From a virus (Duplodnaviria; Caudoviricetes), in IMG/VR virus record IMGVR_UViG_3300021431_004524, positions 64,001-128,000 of that record: a stretch of DNA of 64,000 nt. One strand, 5' to 3'. Below are positions 1-10,140 of this stretch, in pieces. Position numbers and translations under genes: made by a program. Below the pieces are notes generated by a model, which did not search any database, was not told the DNA's origin, and saw only the letters and a list, made by a program, of their open reading frames with translations. How positions within the stretch are numbered: the first letter of the stretch is position 1; every line of letters starts with the position of its first letter.

Positions 1-1316
1 CATTAGCAAAGGGTGAATTTACAAAAGAAGGTGAGACACCAACATTTAAGGCTAAAAAAACATATGATAAATTAATTTCACCGGATGTGGGTGTGTCAAC
101 TGAAACAGTAGAGGATTTGACAGAACTCTTTTTTAGTGGTAAAATGAAACTTTCTGAGGTTAGACTTAGTGGATATTCCAATTCACATGGTTTAAATAGT
201 TCTAATGAAGTTAATAATGCACGAAATAATATATTAGCAAGAGAAAGGGCTAATACGGTTAAGGGGTGGTTAAAAGAATGGTTTTCTGACAAAATAAAAT
301 TTGTACCTGGAAATGATGAATCTGGTGTACAAGTTGACAAAGAAGATAAATCCAATGCAAGTGGTTTGTCTGCCAAAAAGTATCGTTCAACAAAAGTTGA
401 AATGGTGTTTAAGTCTGTGAAAACAGAGAAATTAACAGAAACTAATACAGAAGAAGCAGATAAAACAGTTTATCAGAAATATACCGGTTTTACACCTGAT
501 GGAGAAAAAAATGGAAAACAACTTTATAAAAATAAAGAAACAGGGGAACAATGGTATGAAACTGCCGATGGTGAACTGAGGAAATTAAACAGAACCGAGG
601 AAATTTCAGAACAACGTGGTAATACTAACATTCAATTCCATGAGGAACAGAATTATCGTGATTATCGCGGTAGAATGATGTTCATGTATACAACGGATAA
701 TGGTAATAATGAAACTAATAAGTTAAGATATGACCAAGAATATTATTTCTACAAACAGTTAGAAGAAACCAATCCGATTGTTTTTGAAAAACTCACAGAT
801 AAACTGAAATTCTTTGACCCCGCTTTCCATTCAATGACACCGGAAGGATTTACTGAACGTCTTACATTCCTTAACCAATGTACAAGACAAGGAAATACCG
901 TTACTTCTTCCGATATAAACGGAAAGACTGCAAGCAACCTTGCATTTGGTAGACCACCTTTCTGCGTTTTAAGAATTGGTGATTTCTATTATCAGACAAT
1001 TGTAATTGATTCAATTAATATTGATTATAATGTGTCTGGTGGCTTGCAGTGGGATTTAAATCCTGAGGGTGCTGGCGTACAACCTATGTTGGCACAGATT
1101 AACATAAGTTTCAAATTCATTGGCGGTGGTGACTTAGGTGGACCGATTAGAAGATTGCAAAATGCTATGACGTTCAACTATTATGCAAATTCGAGGTTAT
1201 TCGATAATAGGGCTGATAGAATTGAATATAATGGTGATGACAAGACTATGGGCGCATTAGACCACAGTGTTAATTCAAAGGAAAGTTTCGCTTATACTGC
1301 ACAAATGGCAAAATAA
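1..1316 (+). CDS. 5'-truncated tail/baseplate protein with OmpA-like peptidoglycan-binding domain and C-terminal tail-tube-initiator-like region
   Basis: Frame is open from nt 3, so the gene starts before the window. NNILARERANTVKGWL and KYRSTKV resemble the OmpA C-terminal motif. FGRPPFCVLRIGDFY...WDLNPEGAGVQP resembles myophage baseplate/tube-initiator proteins; followed by a LysM/gpX-like gene. Confidence 0.55.
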   Translation, partial: LAKGEFTKEGETPTFKAKKTYDKLISPDVGVSTETVEDLTELFFSGKMKLSEVRLSGYSNSHGLNSSNEVNNARNNILARERANTVKGWLKEWFSDKIKFVPGNDESGVQVDKEDKSNASGLSAKKYRSTKVEMVFKSVKTEKLTETNTEEADKTVYQKYTGFTPDGEKNGKQLYKNKETGEQWYETADGELRKLNRTEEISEQRGNTNIQFHEEQNYRDYRGRMMFMYTTDNGNNETNKLRYDQEYYFYKQLEETNPIVFEKLTDKLKFFDPAFHSMTPEGFTERLTFLNQCTRQGNTVTSSDINGKTASNLAFGRPPFCVLRIGDFYYQTIVIDSINIDYNVSGGLQWDLNPEGAGVQPMLAQINISFKFIGGGDLGGPIRRLQNAMTFNYYANSRLFDNRADRIEYNGDDKTMGALDHSVNSKESFAYTAQMAK

Positions 1317-1334
1317 AATAATATATGATGAAAT

Positions 1335-1649
1335 ATGGCTTATTACGATAGATATTCAAAGTTTAGAGTTGACGGTGAAATTAAAGTAGTACCTTGTATT
1401 AGGATTGCAAATGAGAATACTGATTTGCATATTGTCTATAATAAGGATAGAATGAGAATGGATATGCTTTCGTACAAATATTATGGAGACCCTGATTATG
1501 GATGGTTGATTTTACAAGCGAATCCATCCATTCCAAGCATGGAATACCTTATACAAGATGGCACAGTAATAAGAATACCTTATCCACTTTCTACCGCAAT
1601 TTCTCGATATGAACAGTCAATTAATGAATATAACAATGAAAACGAGTGA
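1335..1649 (+). CDS. baseplate LysM/gpX (gp53-like) protein
   Basis: RMDMLSYKYYGDPDYGWLILQANP...GTVIRIP is the typical phage tail-X/LysM signature. Confidence 0.8.
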   Translation: MAYYDRYSKFRVDGEIKVVPCIRIANENTDLHIVYNKDRMRMDMLSYKYYGDPDYGWLILQANPSIPSMEYLIQDGTVIRIPYPLSTAISRYEQSINEYNNENE

Positions 1650-1673
1650 TTTAACTTTAATTAACTATAAAAA

Positions 1674-1705
1674 TTTGGTAAAATGAAAAATAAGTAGTAA
1701 TTTTG
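1674..1705 (+). promoter_or_regulatory. Bacteroidetes primary-sigma promoter (-33 TTTG / -7 TAATTTTG)
   Basis: TTTG 1674-1677, 20-nt spacer, TAATTTTG 1698-1705, upstream of 1734 ATG. Confidence 0.65.
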
Positions 1706-1733
1706 TCTTAATAAACAAAGTTACTATTTTTTT

Positions 1734-2582
1734 ATGAAAAAGATTATTTTACTTTTAGTTTGTCTTACAAGCCTTACAGTTTCAGCACAACGTAGGAATT
1801 CCAACGGTGAGAAGATGGTTTCAAAGTTGGAAATCGATAATTATAACATCGATGATGAATTGTATGAGAAATCTGTTATTTCCTATATATATAATAATGA
1901 TAAATTGGTAAAGTTAGATAATTTTATTACGACATCATTAGGTGATATAAGAACAAGTAAAAATACAGATTCATATCATGTAACATTTACATACAATAAC
2001 GGGAAAATCGGCAAACCGGTACCCAAGTATGGTGCGGATTGTGTTTATGGTTATGAGTATGTTTTGAACAGTAATTCAAAGGTTAAAACTGTTAGGGAAA
2101 AATTTGTAAAAGATAATTCTTATAGCTATATACAATATGATTATAGGTATGATGACTATGGAAAACTGTCTTTAATGTATTATCAGTGGTATAATAAACA
2201 TGGGCGTATATACGAATCTGAAGATGATATAGAAAGAACATCAATAAAATGGCTCAATGGTAATATGTATGTGGATGGGTTTCAATTAACGTATTCAGAA
2301 AATATAAACGATTTGAATATTAATCCATCTGTATTCTTGCTTTTAGGTAGTCACTGTATGTTGTTTGGTGATAAAGCGTTTGAGCATTCTGCTGAATGGT
2401 TTGGAATGAAATCGCATAATTTATTGAATGAAACACTTTATATAGACGGTGTGTTGAAGTATCATTACCGTGTCGAGAATAATTTTGATGAACATGGCAA
2501 TTTGAATGAAATTGTTGTATACAAAGAAGAAAAAAATAATTGGCAGTTAAGAAAAGTAATAAAGATTAGTTATCTTTATTGA
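1734..2582 (+). CDS. secreted Bacteroidetes-type protein (signal peptide; DUF4595-like beta-rich fold), moron-like
   Basis: MKKIILLLVCLTSLTVSA|Q is a Sec signal peptide with Gln at +1, typical of Bacteroidetes. YxY/YDDYG beta-hairpin repeats; DLNINP...WFGMKSHNLL motif. Confidence 0.55.
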   Translation: MKKIILLLVCLTSLTVSAQRRNSNGEKMVSKLEIDNYNIDDELYEKSVISYIYNNDKLVKLDNFITTSLGDIRTSKNTDSYHVTFTYNNGKIGKPVPKYGADCVYGYEYVLNSNSKVKTVREKFVKDNSYSYIQYDYRYDDYGKLSLMYYQWYNKHGRIYESEDDIERTSIKWLNGNMYVDGFQLTYSENINDLNINPSVFLLLGSHCMLFGDKAFEHSAEWFGMKSHNLLNETLYIDGVLKYHYRVENNFDEHGNLNEIVVYKEEKNNWQLRKVIKISYLY

Positions 2583-2636
2583 AAAAGTGTATTCTAACTA
2601 GTTATATTTAAATAGAGAATTTATAGCTAGTTAGTA

Positions 2637-5600
2637 ATGGCAAACAGTGAAAAAAACATCGTACATCAGAAAGATAGAATTTTCTATGTAGAACCAAATG
2701 ACATATATGGTAGTGTAGACGGTGTACCTTTAACACCTGATTATTCTGATTATTGTATTTCGGTCAATTTGATTGCCGAAATTGTTACACGCTACAGACA
2801 GAGTGGCGAAGATAAAACAATGGCACTTACAGTATCTTACTCTGGTGCTCCTGGTGAAGAATCATCAAATAAGTGGGTTTCATTTCTTAAAGGCGAAGAT
2901 GCTAAGATATTTGGTGGAGAAGGTAATTTTCTTACAACTTATTATACTGATATAGACTATGATGACATTGTTAAGAAGAACATTGTCGAAGGCCTTGGTA
3001 TTGAGAGTATACAGATTTCATTTGAAAGTTACTATACACCTACCGTTGTAATAAAATTTATTGATGTGAGGGGTTCATCACTTTTCGGACGTGAGGAAGC
3101 GGTTCATGAAAGTGGTGAGGAATTATCATCGTCAAGTGTATTCGGTGCTTTTTTCACTATTCCTTATCCTAAGTTCAAATTACAGGTTAAAGGTTTTTAT
3201 GGGCATGGTGTTACCTATCAATTGACATGCTCAAATTTCAAGGCTTCGTTTAATTCTCAGACTGGTAATTTTGAAGCAGTTGCTACGTTTATTGGTTATT
3301 CATATTCTCTTTTGACGGATATCCCATTGAGATACCTGGTAGCAGCACCTTATTGTAAGTATGTCGGTGAGAAATATTGGGAAGAACATTTGAATACACC
3401 TGCATGGGCATTAAGTGGCGGTGAGAGACCAATGAAACTTTTTAAATTGATTGATAAAATAAAATCGTTCCTTGATGACAATAAAATCAATGAAAAACTC
3501 ATGACAGATGAACAAACTGAAATAAAAAATAATATTTCGAATGAAAAAGCACAACTTACGACATTAGCCACGACATATAAAGAATACGTAGAGGCATTAA
3601 AGGGCTTAAATAAGACAAGTAGTTCTCTGCGTATTATAAGAGGTGAAGGAGAAAATGATGAACAATTATTAATATTCTCCCCTTCACAAGAAAATGAAGT
3701 AACAGATAAATTGATACTTGCAAGTCAGGCGTTTATTAATGCTTTTGATACATATAATTCATCTAATAATGGTAAAGCCTTTAGTAATTCATTGTTGCCT
3801 AATTCGAAACATGATATATTTGAAGCCAACAGAAGAATTATTTTTGGAAAACTATGCAAGGTAACAAGAACGGATAACAAAATAACAGGCGTTACATTTA
3901 ATTGCACAGAACAGAGTTCTGAGGGTATTAAGACAATAGAACTTAACAATAATAATAAACCGAGCGATGAAGTGGCACGATGTCTATTCGAAGATTCTCA
4001 TCCTGAAGACGGTGATATTAAAAGTTATTTTTCTGATTATTGTTATCTTGTTAATCTTAATAAATTTCTTGATAAAATAAATGAAAGAATTGAAAATCTT
4101 AATAAAGAAGACAAGGAAATAAATAAACAAATTGCTGAAAATGTACAGACAAAGGCCGCTTATAAATTAGGATTTACCCCGTATATCGGCGACATTTTCA
4201 AAATAATAATGTGTCACCTTGAAACATTTATAAAAATAATGTGGGAATGTTATAATAACATTACCAAATCAGACCGTTCGCCCGGTTATCTTAATGTTCC
4301 ATTGGAAAGTACTGATTTTGTCAATCTTGATAAAAACAAGGGGCAGATTGGTGCATGGCCCGGTCTTTTTAACAATGGTAAGAAAACAGACCAAGGTGGC
4401 GATGAAGACAAATCAATAGAATATTTGGCATGGGTTGGTGATTTCAGTCATAATTTCGAGGAAGAAAAGGTAATTATTGAGTTGTATAAGGCCGTAAAGA
4501 AGATAGCACCGGGAGAACCTTTAGAGCCAAAACCGGTTACTATGGTTGCCGGATTACCTGTTATGCCAAATGATGTGAATAATATAGATACTGTTTTCGG
4601 TGAGTCAATTGAAAATAACATATCATCATTAGCCGGATATCTTTCTTTCAGAGCGGCGCAGATTTTCGGAATATTGTTAAAGGAAAAGGCTTCTACTGAA
4701 TTAGCAAGTTCATTAGGTAAGATGGACGCATATAATTTCTTTACATGCTTACAATCAAGAAGTGAATTAAAGAACACTTACATTAATGCTGAATCCGGTA
4801 ATTCGTTGGAAAATATACTTAATGGTGTGTCGAAGTGTTCTAATGACTTTGATTCGTTTTGTAATAAAACATATCAGGAAACTGATAAAACAAGACATTC
4901 GTTTGAAACTGTTTACAAAATTGCTCAAAACTATAATAATAGGGATAGACATCCTTTATTTAAAGATGAAGGCTCAAATTTGAAATATGTTCATTATTAT
5001 ACACTTAATAATGTTGGGCTTGTGCCTGATAAATTGACATCTTATAAAGAGTATCGTAATATATTTGAATATAAGTATGATAAAGAAAAACCGTATTTTT
5101 TATTCAATCGTAAAACAGATACATCTTCAACCAGTGAATTCTTGCACAAGTCAAGTTGTAAGGCTTTATTTACCAATATTGGTAAAGTAGATGAAGATAA
5201 AGAGGATTTGTATAAAGTCGAAAAATATATCAATGATGATATGTTTAATGTCATTGTGAATCCGGAAATTTCAAATTCTATTAAGAAAAAATATGATGAG
5301 ATAAAAAGTGGTACGTTTACTATATATGGTGACGAATTTACTGATGATTTTTCTAATGTTCTTGAAAAATTATGGCATGTTGAGGATTCTGATTATGGCG
5401 TATTCTTTAACGGAAATACTAGTATGTTATCAAAACCGTTCGCTGATTTTGATATAAAAGAAGAAGAATTGTATCCTCTTATGAAGGATAAAATAAATGA
5501 TGACAAAGCACCATCATCCGTAGATAATGAAAAATTATTTAATATTGACGGTAAGACAATAACATATTCTGTAAATGACGGAAACGGAAGATGGGTTGAT

Positions 5601-8600
5601 GAAAATAACAATGAATACTCTTTATCAAATCTTACAGTAAGAAATATTAGGGTCGTTTTCCCAAAATCAAATGGATACGGCGAACAAGACCTTTTCGGAG
5701 ACCCATTCTATTATTTACAAAATAATAAATTAGCCGATTATAAGTTTGAAACAAACGATAATGATAGGAAACTTCGTCAGAAACGTGCAAAGGCTATTTT
5801 GTTTTTGCATGCTCTTAATTATGATTTGAGCAAGATACCACAATTTTTGAAAAGTACCAAGAAAAGTGGTGGTATATATTCTTTACCTTATGGCTATGTA
5901 TTATTATTAGGTGGATTACTTTGGAGAGACAATTTTATAAAAGAAAAAAAGATTGACCCAATACAAAGTGGTTCAGATGGTTATATAAAAGTAGGTGATA
6001 ATAATACACTGTTCGTTAAACTGAATGATGGACAGTATAGAATGTGTGCGCTTATGAATGACGACAAAAGGAAATATAATATTACTGTTTCTTCTTTATT
6101 TGGTGGTGGAAAGAATTGGAAACCGGACTATCATATAACAAATAAACTTATTAGTCTTTTCTTGAGATTTGTCGATAATGAATGGAGTCTCATTATGTCA
6201 AAACTTGAATTAAAAACAGTTGGTGTGGACAAAAAAACTGATGGTGTGGGTGATTATATATGTTCTACATTTAAAAAAGACGTTGCCAGTTTCAAGTATA
6301 ACATAGATGAAATATTAAACAATAAAAGAGATGTATACCTAAGAGACTTTAAGAAACTGATTAAAAAAAGTGCATGGACACTTTATCGCTTAAGGGTTGA
6401 ATATTTCAATAATTTCTTCGATAATTACCGATATATATGGGTTAAAAAAGAACATAGAAATGGTGATGGAAGAGGTTTAATGCTTCTTTTAAATGAAAGT
6501 AATAATGATGTACAAAGTATTTTAAAGAATTTATATACTAAAAGAGTAATTGTATGTGATTCAAGTGGATACTATTACACTTATGATGAAGACAGTAAGA
6601 ATAATGAAATTACTATAGGTAATGATGTATTTAATGCATATTTGTCAGGATTCCGTTCAAAAATTGAAGATATTGCAAATAATGAAAAAAACGACACAAA
6701 CGATGAATATGGCGAAAGTGATGTAACACTTAAGAGGGATATTGAGCTTTCGATGTATATGTATCTTAAAATATTATGGGATAGGTGGCTTGTATCTACT
6801 ACAAATAAAAAATTACCAGATGGTAGAATTATAAGTTATCAAGACTATTATAATGTAGAAAATTTCTATAATAGTTTTATATTCATTGATGCATTTTATT
6901 TGAATATATACAAGAAATTACTCATAAACTGCGAGTCACTTAAAAGGTCATATGATGGCCGTGATGAGGATGGCACATTATTCCAATTTATTGGTGATAT
7001 AACAAAAGACCATCATTGTCTGTTCCTTGCTTTGCCGGATTATGTGGATATGGGTAATGCTAAGGCTGAAAAAGCAATCAATTCAATGCAGAATATGTTC
7101 AGACCAATTCCATATTCAGAAATGAATGATGTTGAAACTGAAAATAGGTTCGTAATTATTTATTCGCCTAGAATGTCAGAAAACCCGACATCTGACAATG
7201 GCTATAGAGAGGATTATTTCAGGGTATGGAATCCGGTGACAAATGATTTCGACGAGAAAATGCCAACCGCTTTTACTAATACGCCGGTAACTGAAAATTC
7301 TGATTTAGTTTCAAGATATGGCTATTATGTTCCGTCATTCGGTGTCGCATTTAGTCGGCAGAACAACCATATATTCAAGAATATAAATTTGGATATGTCA
7401 ACGCCGCTTGTAACGTCTGCATCAATTAATGCGTTGTCACGTATAAGTCAAATTGGAAGTGCAAGCCCACATAAGGTCGCATTTATGGGTCAGGATTTAT
7501 ATCCGGTTTACAGTAACTATTCATACATTTGTGAAATAGAAATGATGGGTGATGCCCAAATTCAACCGTTGATGTATTTCCAATTGATGAATATACCTAT
7601 GTGGAGTGGTGTATATATGATTTTCAATGTCACACACACAATTTCAGCCGGAACTATGACAACAAGATTCAAGGGTATGAAATTGTCAAGAAATCCGGTT
7701 CCGTATAGTTCTTCATGGTTTGTGTTTAATCCTGATGCCTCTACATATGACCCATATGAAAGAGATGAGGAAGAAAATAATTATGACTGGGGTGATGGAA
7801 ATTTTGGTACAGGTGGAAATGTTTCTATTGATAGTTCTTATAATAGGGTTACTAACCCTAAAGACCATTTTTCTGAAAAGGTTAATAGGAGAGATTTTGG
7901 TGAGGAAGGTATTAAAAAAACGAAAGAAACTGTAAGTAAAAAATTACAGAATATATATAATTGCTTATATGAGGAAATAGCCTCATTACCAGAAAACAAG
8001 CCAACAATGAAGTGGAATGTACATATAATTTCATCAAAACGAGACAAAAACAGCAAAGCTGGCGTTGGAAGTAAGAGTTGTCATACAACAGGTAATGCGT
8101 TGGATTTATGTGTAACACATTTTGATGAGACCGGAAAAGTTAAAGAATATGTAAAAGACGGAAGTTCACAACCTGAATTATATAAAGTCATTGATATTCT
8201 TTGTTCTTTGCATAGAGATGAAATATATCAGATTTTGGGTGAGTTTTGGTCAACTGATGCTTTCATGCAGAATAGAGACAACTTTGCAATGATTCATTTT
8301 TCAGATAGACACAATATTGAAGGACACGGAAATCATACTAAGTTTATATGTCAACTTCATAGAAATGGAAAACTTAGTAGAGGGGAACGTAAAACGTTTA
8401 CAAGAATAAATAGAGACCATGACAAGGCGTGGTTTAATGCAAATGTACCTAAAGCATTTTTTGAAATTGCAAAGAAATTTTATCATGCTCTTGGTACATC
8501 CACATTTAGAAAAGAATTTGGTAATTATGGGGATTATACAGATAATGAACTTAACGCATTGTTTGGTTCACCGGTTACAAATGGAAATAGAAGTACACCA

Positions 8601-9152
8601 GTTAATTCTTCATTTAAGCAATGGTTCGAATGGAGTATGAGTTGGGAAGGCGGCTCAGGCGGAGTTACTAGTGTGGCTAAAAAACAATACAAAATAGATG
8701 GCGGCACATCAGACACACCCTCAATAGAAGATATTGCTTTTGTTAGTTTTTGGAAGGTTAATCATCTAGATGATATTAAAGATGCCAGTGTTGCTATTGC
8801 GTGTATGTATACAATATTTTGGACGGGTAATTGTGCCTTAATTATTGATGCAATAAATGGTACGCCCTATTTAAACTCAAAAAGTTGGCCGTGGAGACTT
8901 AAAATAAGCGATATTCAGACAATTAATAATTTTCAGCCACTAAAACTATTTAATAAAATTAAAAAACAAGCAGGAAACTTTATTTTAGACCCGCCATCAT
9001 GGGCAAGTTTACCTGGTGGTGGCGACCCTAAACCTGGTTGGAGAAGAAGATGGTTTTCTATTGATTATGGTCCATCTTTAATATCGAATGCCGGTATGGG
9101 AAATAAAAGATATAGCGAAGAAGATTTAAGAAATGCAATGTCAAAACTTTGA
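2637..9152 (+). CDS. giant baseplate hub / tail-associated lysin with C-terminal M15-type peptidase and GH108-like domains
   Basis: N-terminal hub-like region (GIESIQISF...FIDVRG, YPKFKLQVKGFYG) and hub C-region (CEIEMMGDAQIQPLMYF, WSGVYMIFNVTHTI). SCHTTGNALD (H-x6-D) + MIHFS is a Zn-peptidase M15 motif. WEGG...FW...DDI...GWRRR resembles GH108. Confidence 0.65.
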   Translation: MANSEKNIVHQKDRIFYVEPNDIYGSVDGVPLTPDYSDYCISVNLIAEIVTRYRQSGEDKTMALTVSYSGAPGEESSNKWVSFLKGEDAKIFGGEGNFLTTYYTDIDYDDIVKKNIVEGLGIESIQISFESYYTPTVVIKFIDVRGSSLFGREEAVHESGEELSSSSVFGAFFTIPYPKFKLQVKGFYGHGVTYQLTCSNFKASFNSQTGNFEAVATFIGYSYSLLTDIPLRYLVAAPYCKYVGEKYWEEHLNTPAWALSGGERPMKLFKLIDKIKSFLDDNKINEKLMTDEQTEIKNNISNEKAQLTTLATTYKEYVEALKGLNKTSSSLRIIRGEGENDEQLLIFSPSQENEVTDKLILASQAFINAFDTYNSSNNGKAFSNSLLPNSKHDIFEANRRIIFGKLCKVTRTDNKITGVTFNCTEQSSEGIKTIELNNNNKPSDEVARCLFEDSHPEDGDIKSYFSDYCYLVNLNKFLDKINERIENLNKEDKEINKQIAENVQTKAAYKLGFTPYIGDIFKIIMCHLETFIKIMWECYNNITKSDRSPGYLNVPLESTDFVNLDKNKGQIGAWPGLFNNGKKTDQGGDEDKSIEYLAWVGDFSHNFEEEKVIIELYKAVKKIAPGEPLEPKPVTMVAGLPVMPNDVNNIDTVFGESIENNISSLAGYLSFRAAQIFGILLKEKASTELASSLGKMDAYNFFTCLQSRSELKNTYINAESGNSLENILNGVSKCSNDFDSFCNKTYQETDKTRHSFETVYKIAQNYNNRDRHPLFKDEGSNLKYVHYYTLNNVGLVPDKLTSYKEYRNIFEYKYDKEKPYFLFNRKTDTSSTSEFLHKSSCKALFTNIGKVDEDKEDLYKVEKYINDDMFNVIVNPEISNSIKKKYDEIKSGTFTIYGDEFTDDFSNVLEKLWHVEDSDYGVFFNGNTSMLSKPFADFDIKEEELYPLMKDKINDDKAPSSVDNEKLFNIDGKTITYSVNDGNGRWVDENNNEYSLSNLTVRNIRVVFPKSNGYGEQDLFGDPFYYLQNNKLADYKFETNDNDRKLRQKRAKAILFLHALNYDLSKIPQFLKSTKKSGGIYSLPYGYVLLLGGLLWRDNFIKEKKIDPIQSGSDGYIKVGDNNTLFVKLNDGQYRMCALMNDDKRKYNITVSSLFGGGKNWKPDYHITNKLISLFLRFVDNEWSLIMSKLELKTVGVDKKTDGVGDYICSTFKKDVASFKYNIDEILNNKRDVYLRDFKKLIKKSAWTLYRLRVEYFNNFFDNYRYIWVKKEHRNGDGRGLMLLLNESNNDVQSILKNLYTKRVIVCDSSGYYYTYDEDSKNNEITIGNDVFNAYLSGFRSKIEDIANNEKNDTNDEYGESDVTLKRDIELSMYMYLKILWDRWLVSTTNKKLPDGRIISYQDYYNVENFYNSFIFIDAFYLNIYKKLLINCESLKRSYDGRDEDGTLFQFIGDITKDHHCLFLALPDYVDMGNAKAEKAINSMQNMFRPIPYSEMNDVETENRFVIIYSPRMSENPTSDNGYREDYFRVWNPVTNDFDEKMPTAFTNTPVTENSDLVSRYGYYVPSFGVAFSRQNNHIFKNINLDMSTPLVTSASINALSRISQIGSASPHKVAFMGQDLYPVYSNYSYICEIEMMGDAQIQPLMYFQLMNIPMWSGVYMIFNVTHTISAGTMTTRFKGMKLSRNPVPYSSSWFVFNPDASTYDPYERDEEENNYDWGDGNFGTGGNVSIDSSYNRVTNPKDHFSEKVNRRDFGEEGIKKTKETVSKKLQNIYNCLYEEIASLPENKPTMKWNVHIISSKRDKNSKAGVGSKSCHTTGNALDLCVTHFDETGKVKEYVKDGSSQPELYKVIDILCSLHRDEIYQILGEFWSTDAFMQNRDNFAMIHFSDRHNIEGHGNHTKFICQLHRNGKLSRGERKTFTRINRDHDKAWFNANVPKAFFEIAKKFYHALGTSTFRKEFGNYGDYTDNELNALFGSPVTNGNRSTPVNSSFKQWFEWSMSWEGGSGGVTSVAKKQYKIDGGTSDTPSIEDIAFVSFWKVNHLDDIKDASVAIACMYTIFWTGNCALIIDAINGTPYLNSKSWPWRLKISDIQTINNFQPLKLFNKIKKQAGNFILDPPSWASLPGGGDPKPGWRRRWFSIDYGPSLISNAGMGNKRYSEEDLRNAMSKL

Positions 9153-9178
9153 AATTTCATAAAAAAGTAGTATATTTG
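9148..9178 (+). promoter_or_regulatory. Bacteroidetes-type promoter
   Basis: TTTG 9148-9151, 19-nt spacer, TATATTTG 9171-9178. Confidence 0.75.
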
Positions 9179-9201
9179 CTTCGTAAGTGAAATACTATAT
9201 C

Positions 9202-9819
9202 ATGCAAAAGTTAGCAAATATTGTAACAAAAGGTAGAAAAAGTGATTTTAGTGAAATATATAATGTGGTAAGTTCGTGTGAAGGAATTGACATGAATTTA
9301 CCCACTTTGTATATAGGGTTATCAACTGCCAAGAAGTGTATTGAAAATTTCTCGATACTTCAAAAGCATTATAAGGAACAGAACTGTTGGTGGACGTTTT
9401 CCAAGACGGAAAGAAGAAACGACTATCTCAATGATATAGAGAAATTCCAAGAGGATGTAATACTTGATGCTTTGAAATCAATTAAATATGAATATGTAAA
9501 TTTTATTAGATACAAAAGAAGTAGGATTGCCAATTTCATAAGGTATATGTATTCATCAACGGAGAAAATATGTTTTCTTACGAGGGAAAGTAATTTTCTG
9601 TTTATATATGATACAAAATTAAGGACAATATTTGGTTTGTCTTTGACATTATGTGAATATTGCGGTGTTAATAAATCTAAAATAATCACTAAAATTAAGT
9701 CAAACACTAACAATGTATTCATAAACGGTATATCATTTTTAAATTCAGATATTAAGCGTATAATTGGTAGCAACACACACTATATATTACCCTTATATTG
9801 TTATTTTAGGGAAAAGTAA
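9202..9819 (+). CDS. hypothetical protein
   Basis: Long ORF directly downstream of a promoter; ATG at 9202 preferred over GTG at 9187. Confidence 0.7.
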   Translation: MQKLANIVTKGRKSDFSEIYNVVSSCEGIDMNLPTLYIGLSTAKKCIENFSILQKHYKEQNCWWTFSKTERRNDYLNDIEKFQEDVILDALKSIKYEYVNFIRYKRSRIANFIRYMYSSTEKICFLTRESNFLFIYDTKLRTIFGLSLTLCEYCGVNKSKIITKIKSNTNNVFINGISFLNSDIKRIIGSNTHYILPLYCYFREK

Positions 9820-9850
9820 CTATTTATTATTATAAATAAGGTATAATACG

Positions 9851-10138
9851 ATGCCACAGAGATTTATATTAAAAAACCAACATAGAAAAGTAGTACGTCC
9901 TGCAAGCAGATATTTGTCTGCTAATAATACAGTCGTATCTAACAATAGTGAAAATAAAAAAGTTAATGAAGAGACTAAAATGAATAATGTAGAAAAGTTA
10001 AAATCAATCATAGGCGATGATGCCAAACTTCCAAAGAGAAGGGTAAAGTTTGAGAAAAAGGACAAGGGTCTTATTGAACGTACAGAGGATAGTACAATTC
10101 TCATTACGGAAGATAATAAAATGATGCTTAATGATTAA
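9851..10138 (+). CDS. hypothetical protein (possible head-associated)
   Basis: ORF following the TATAAATAAGGTATAATA element; carries VNE/ITE motifs. Confidence 0.65.
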   Translation: MPQRFILKNQHRKVVRPASRYLSANNTVVSNNSENKKVNEETKMNNVEKLKSIIGDDAKLPKRRVKFEKKDKGLIERTEDSTILITEDNKMMLND

Positions 10139-10140
10139 TC

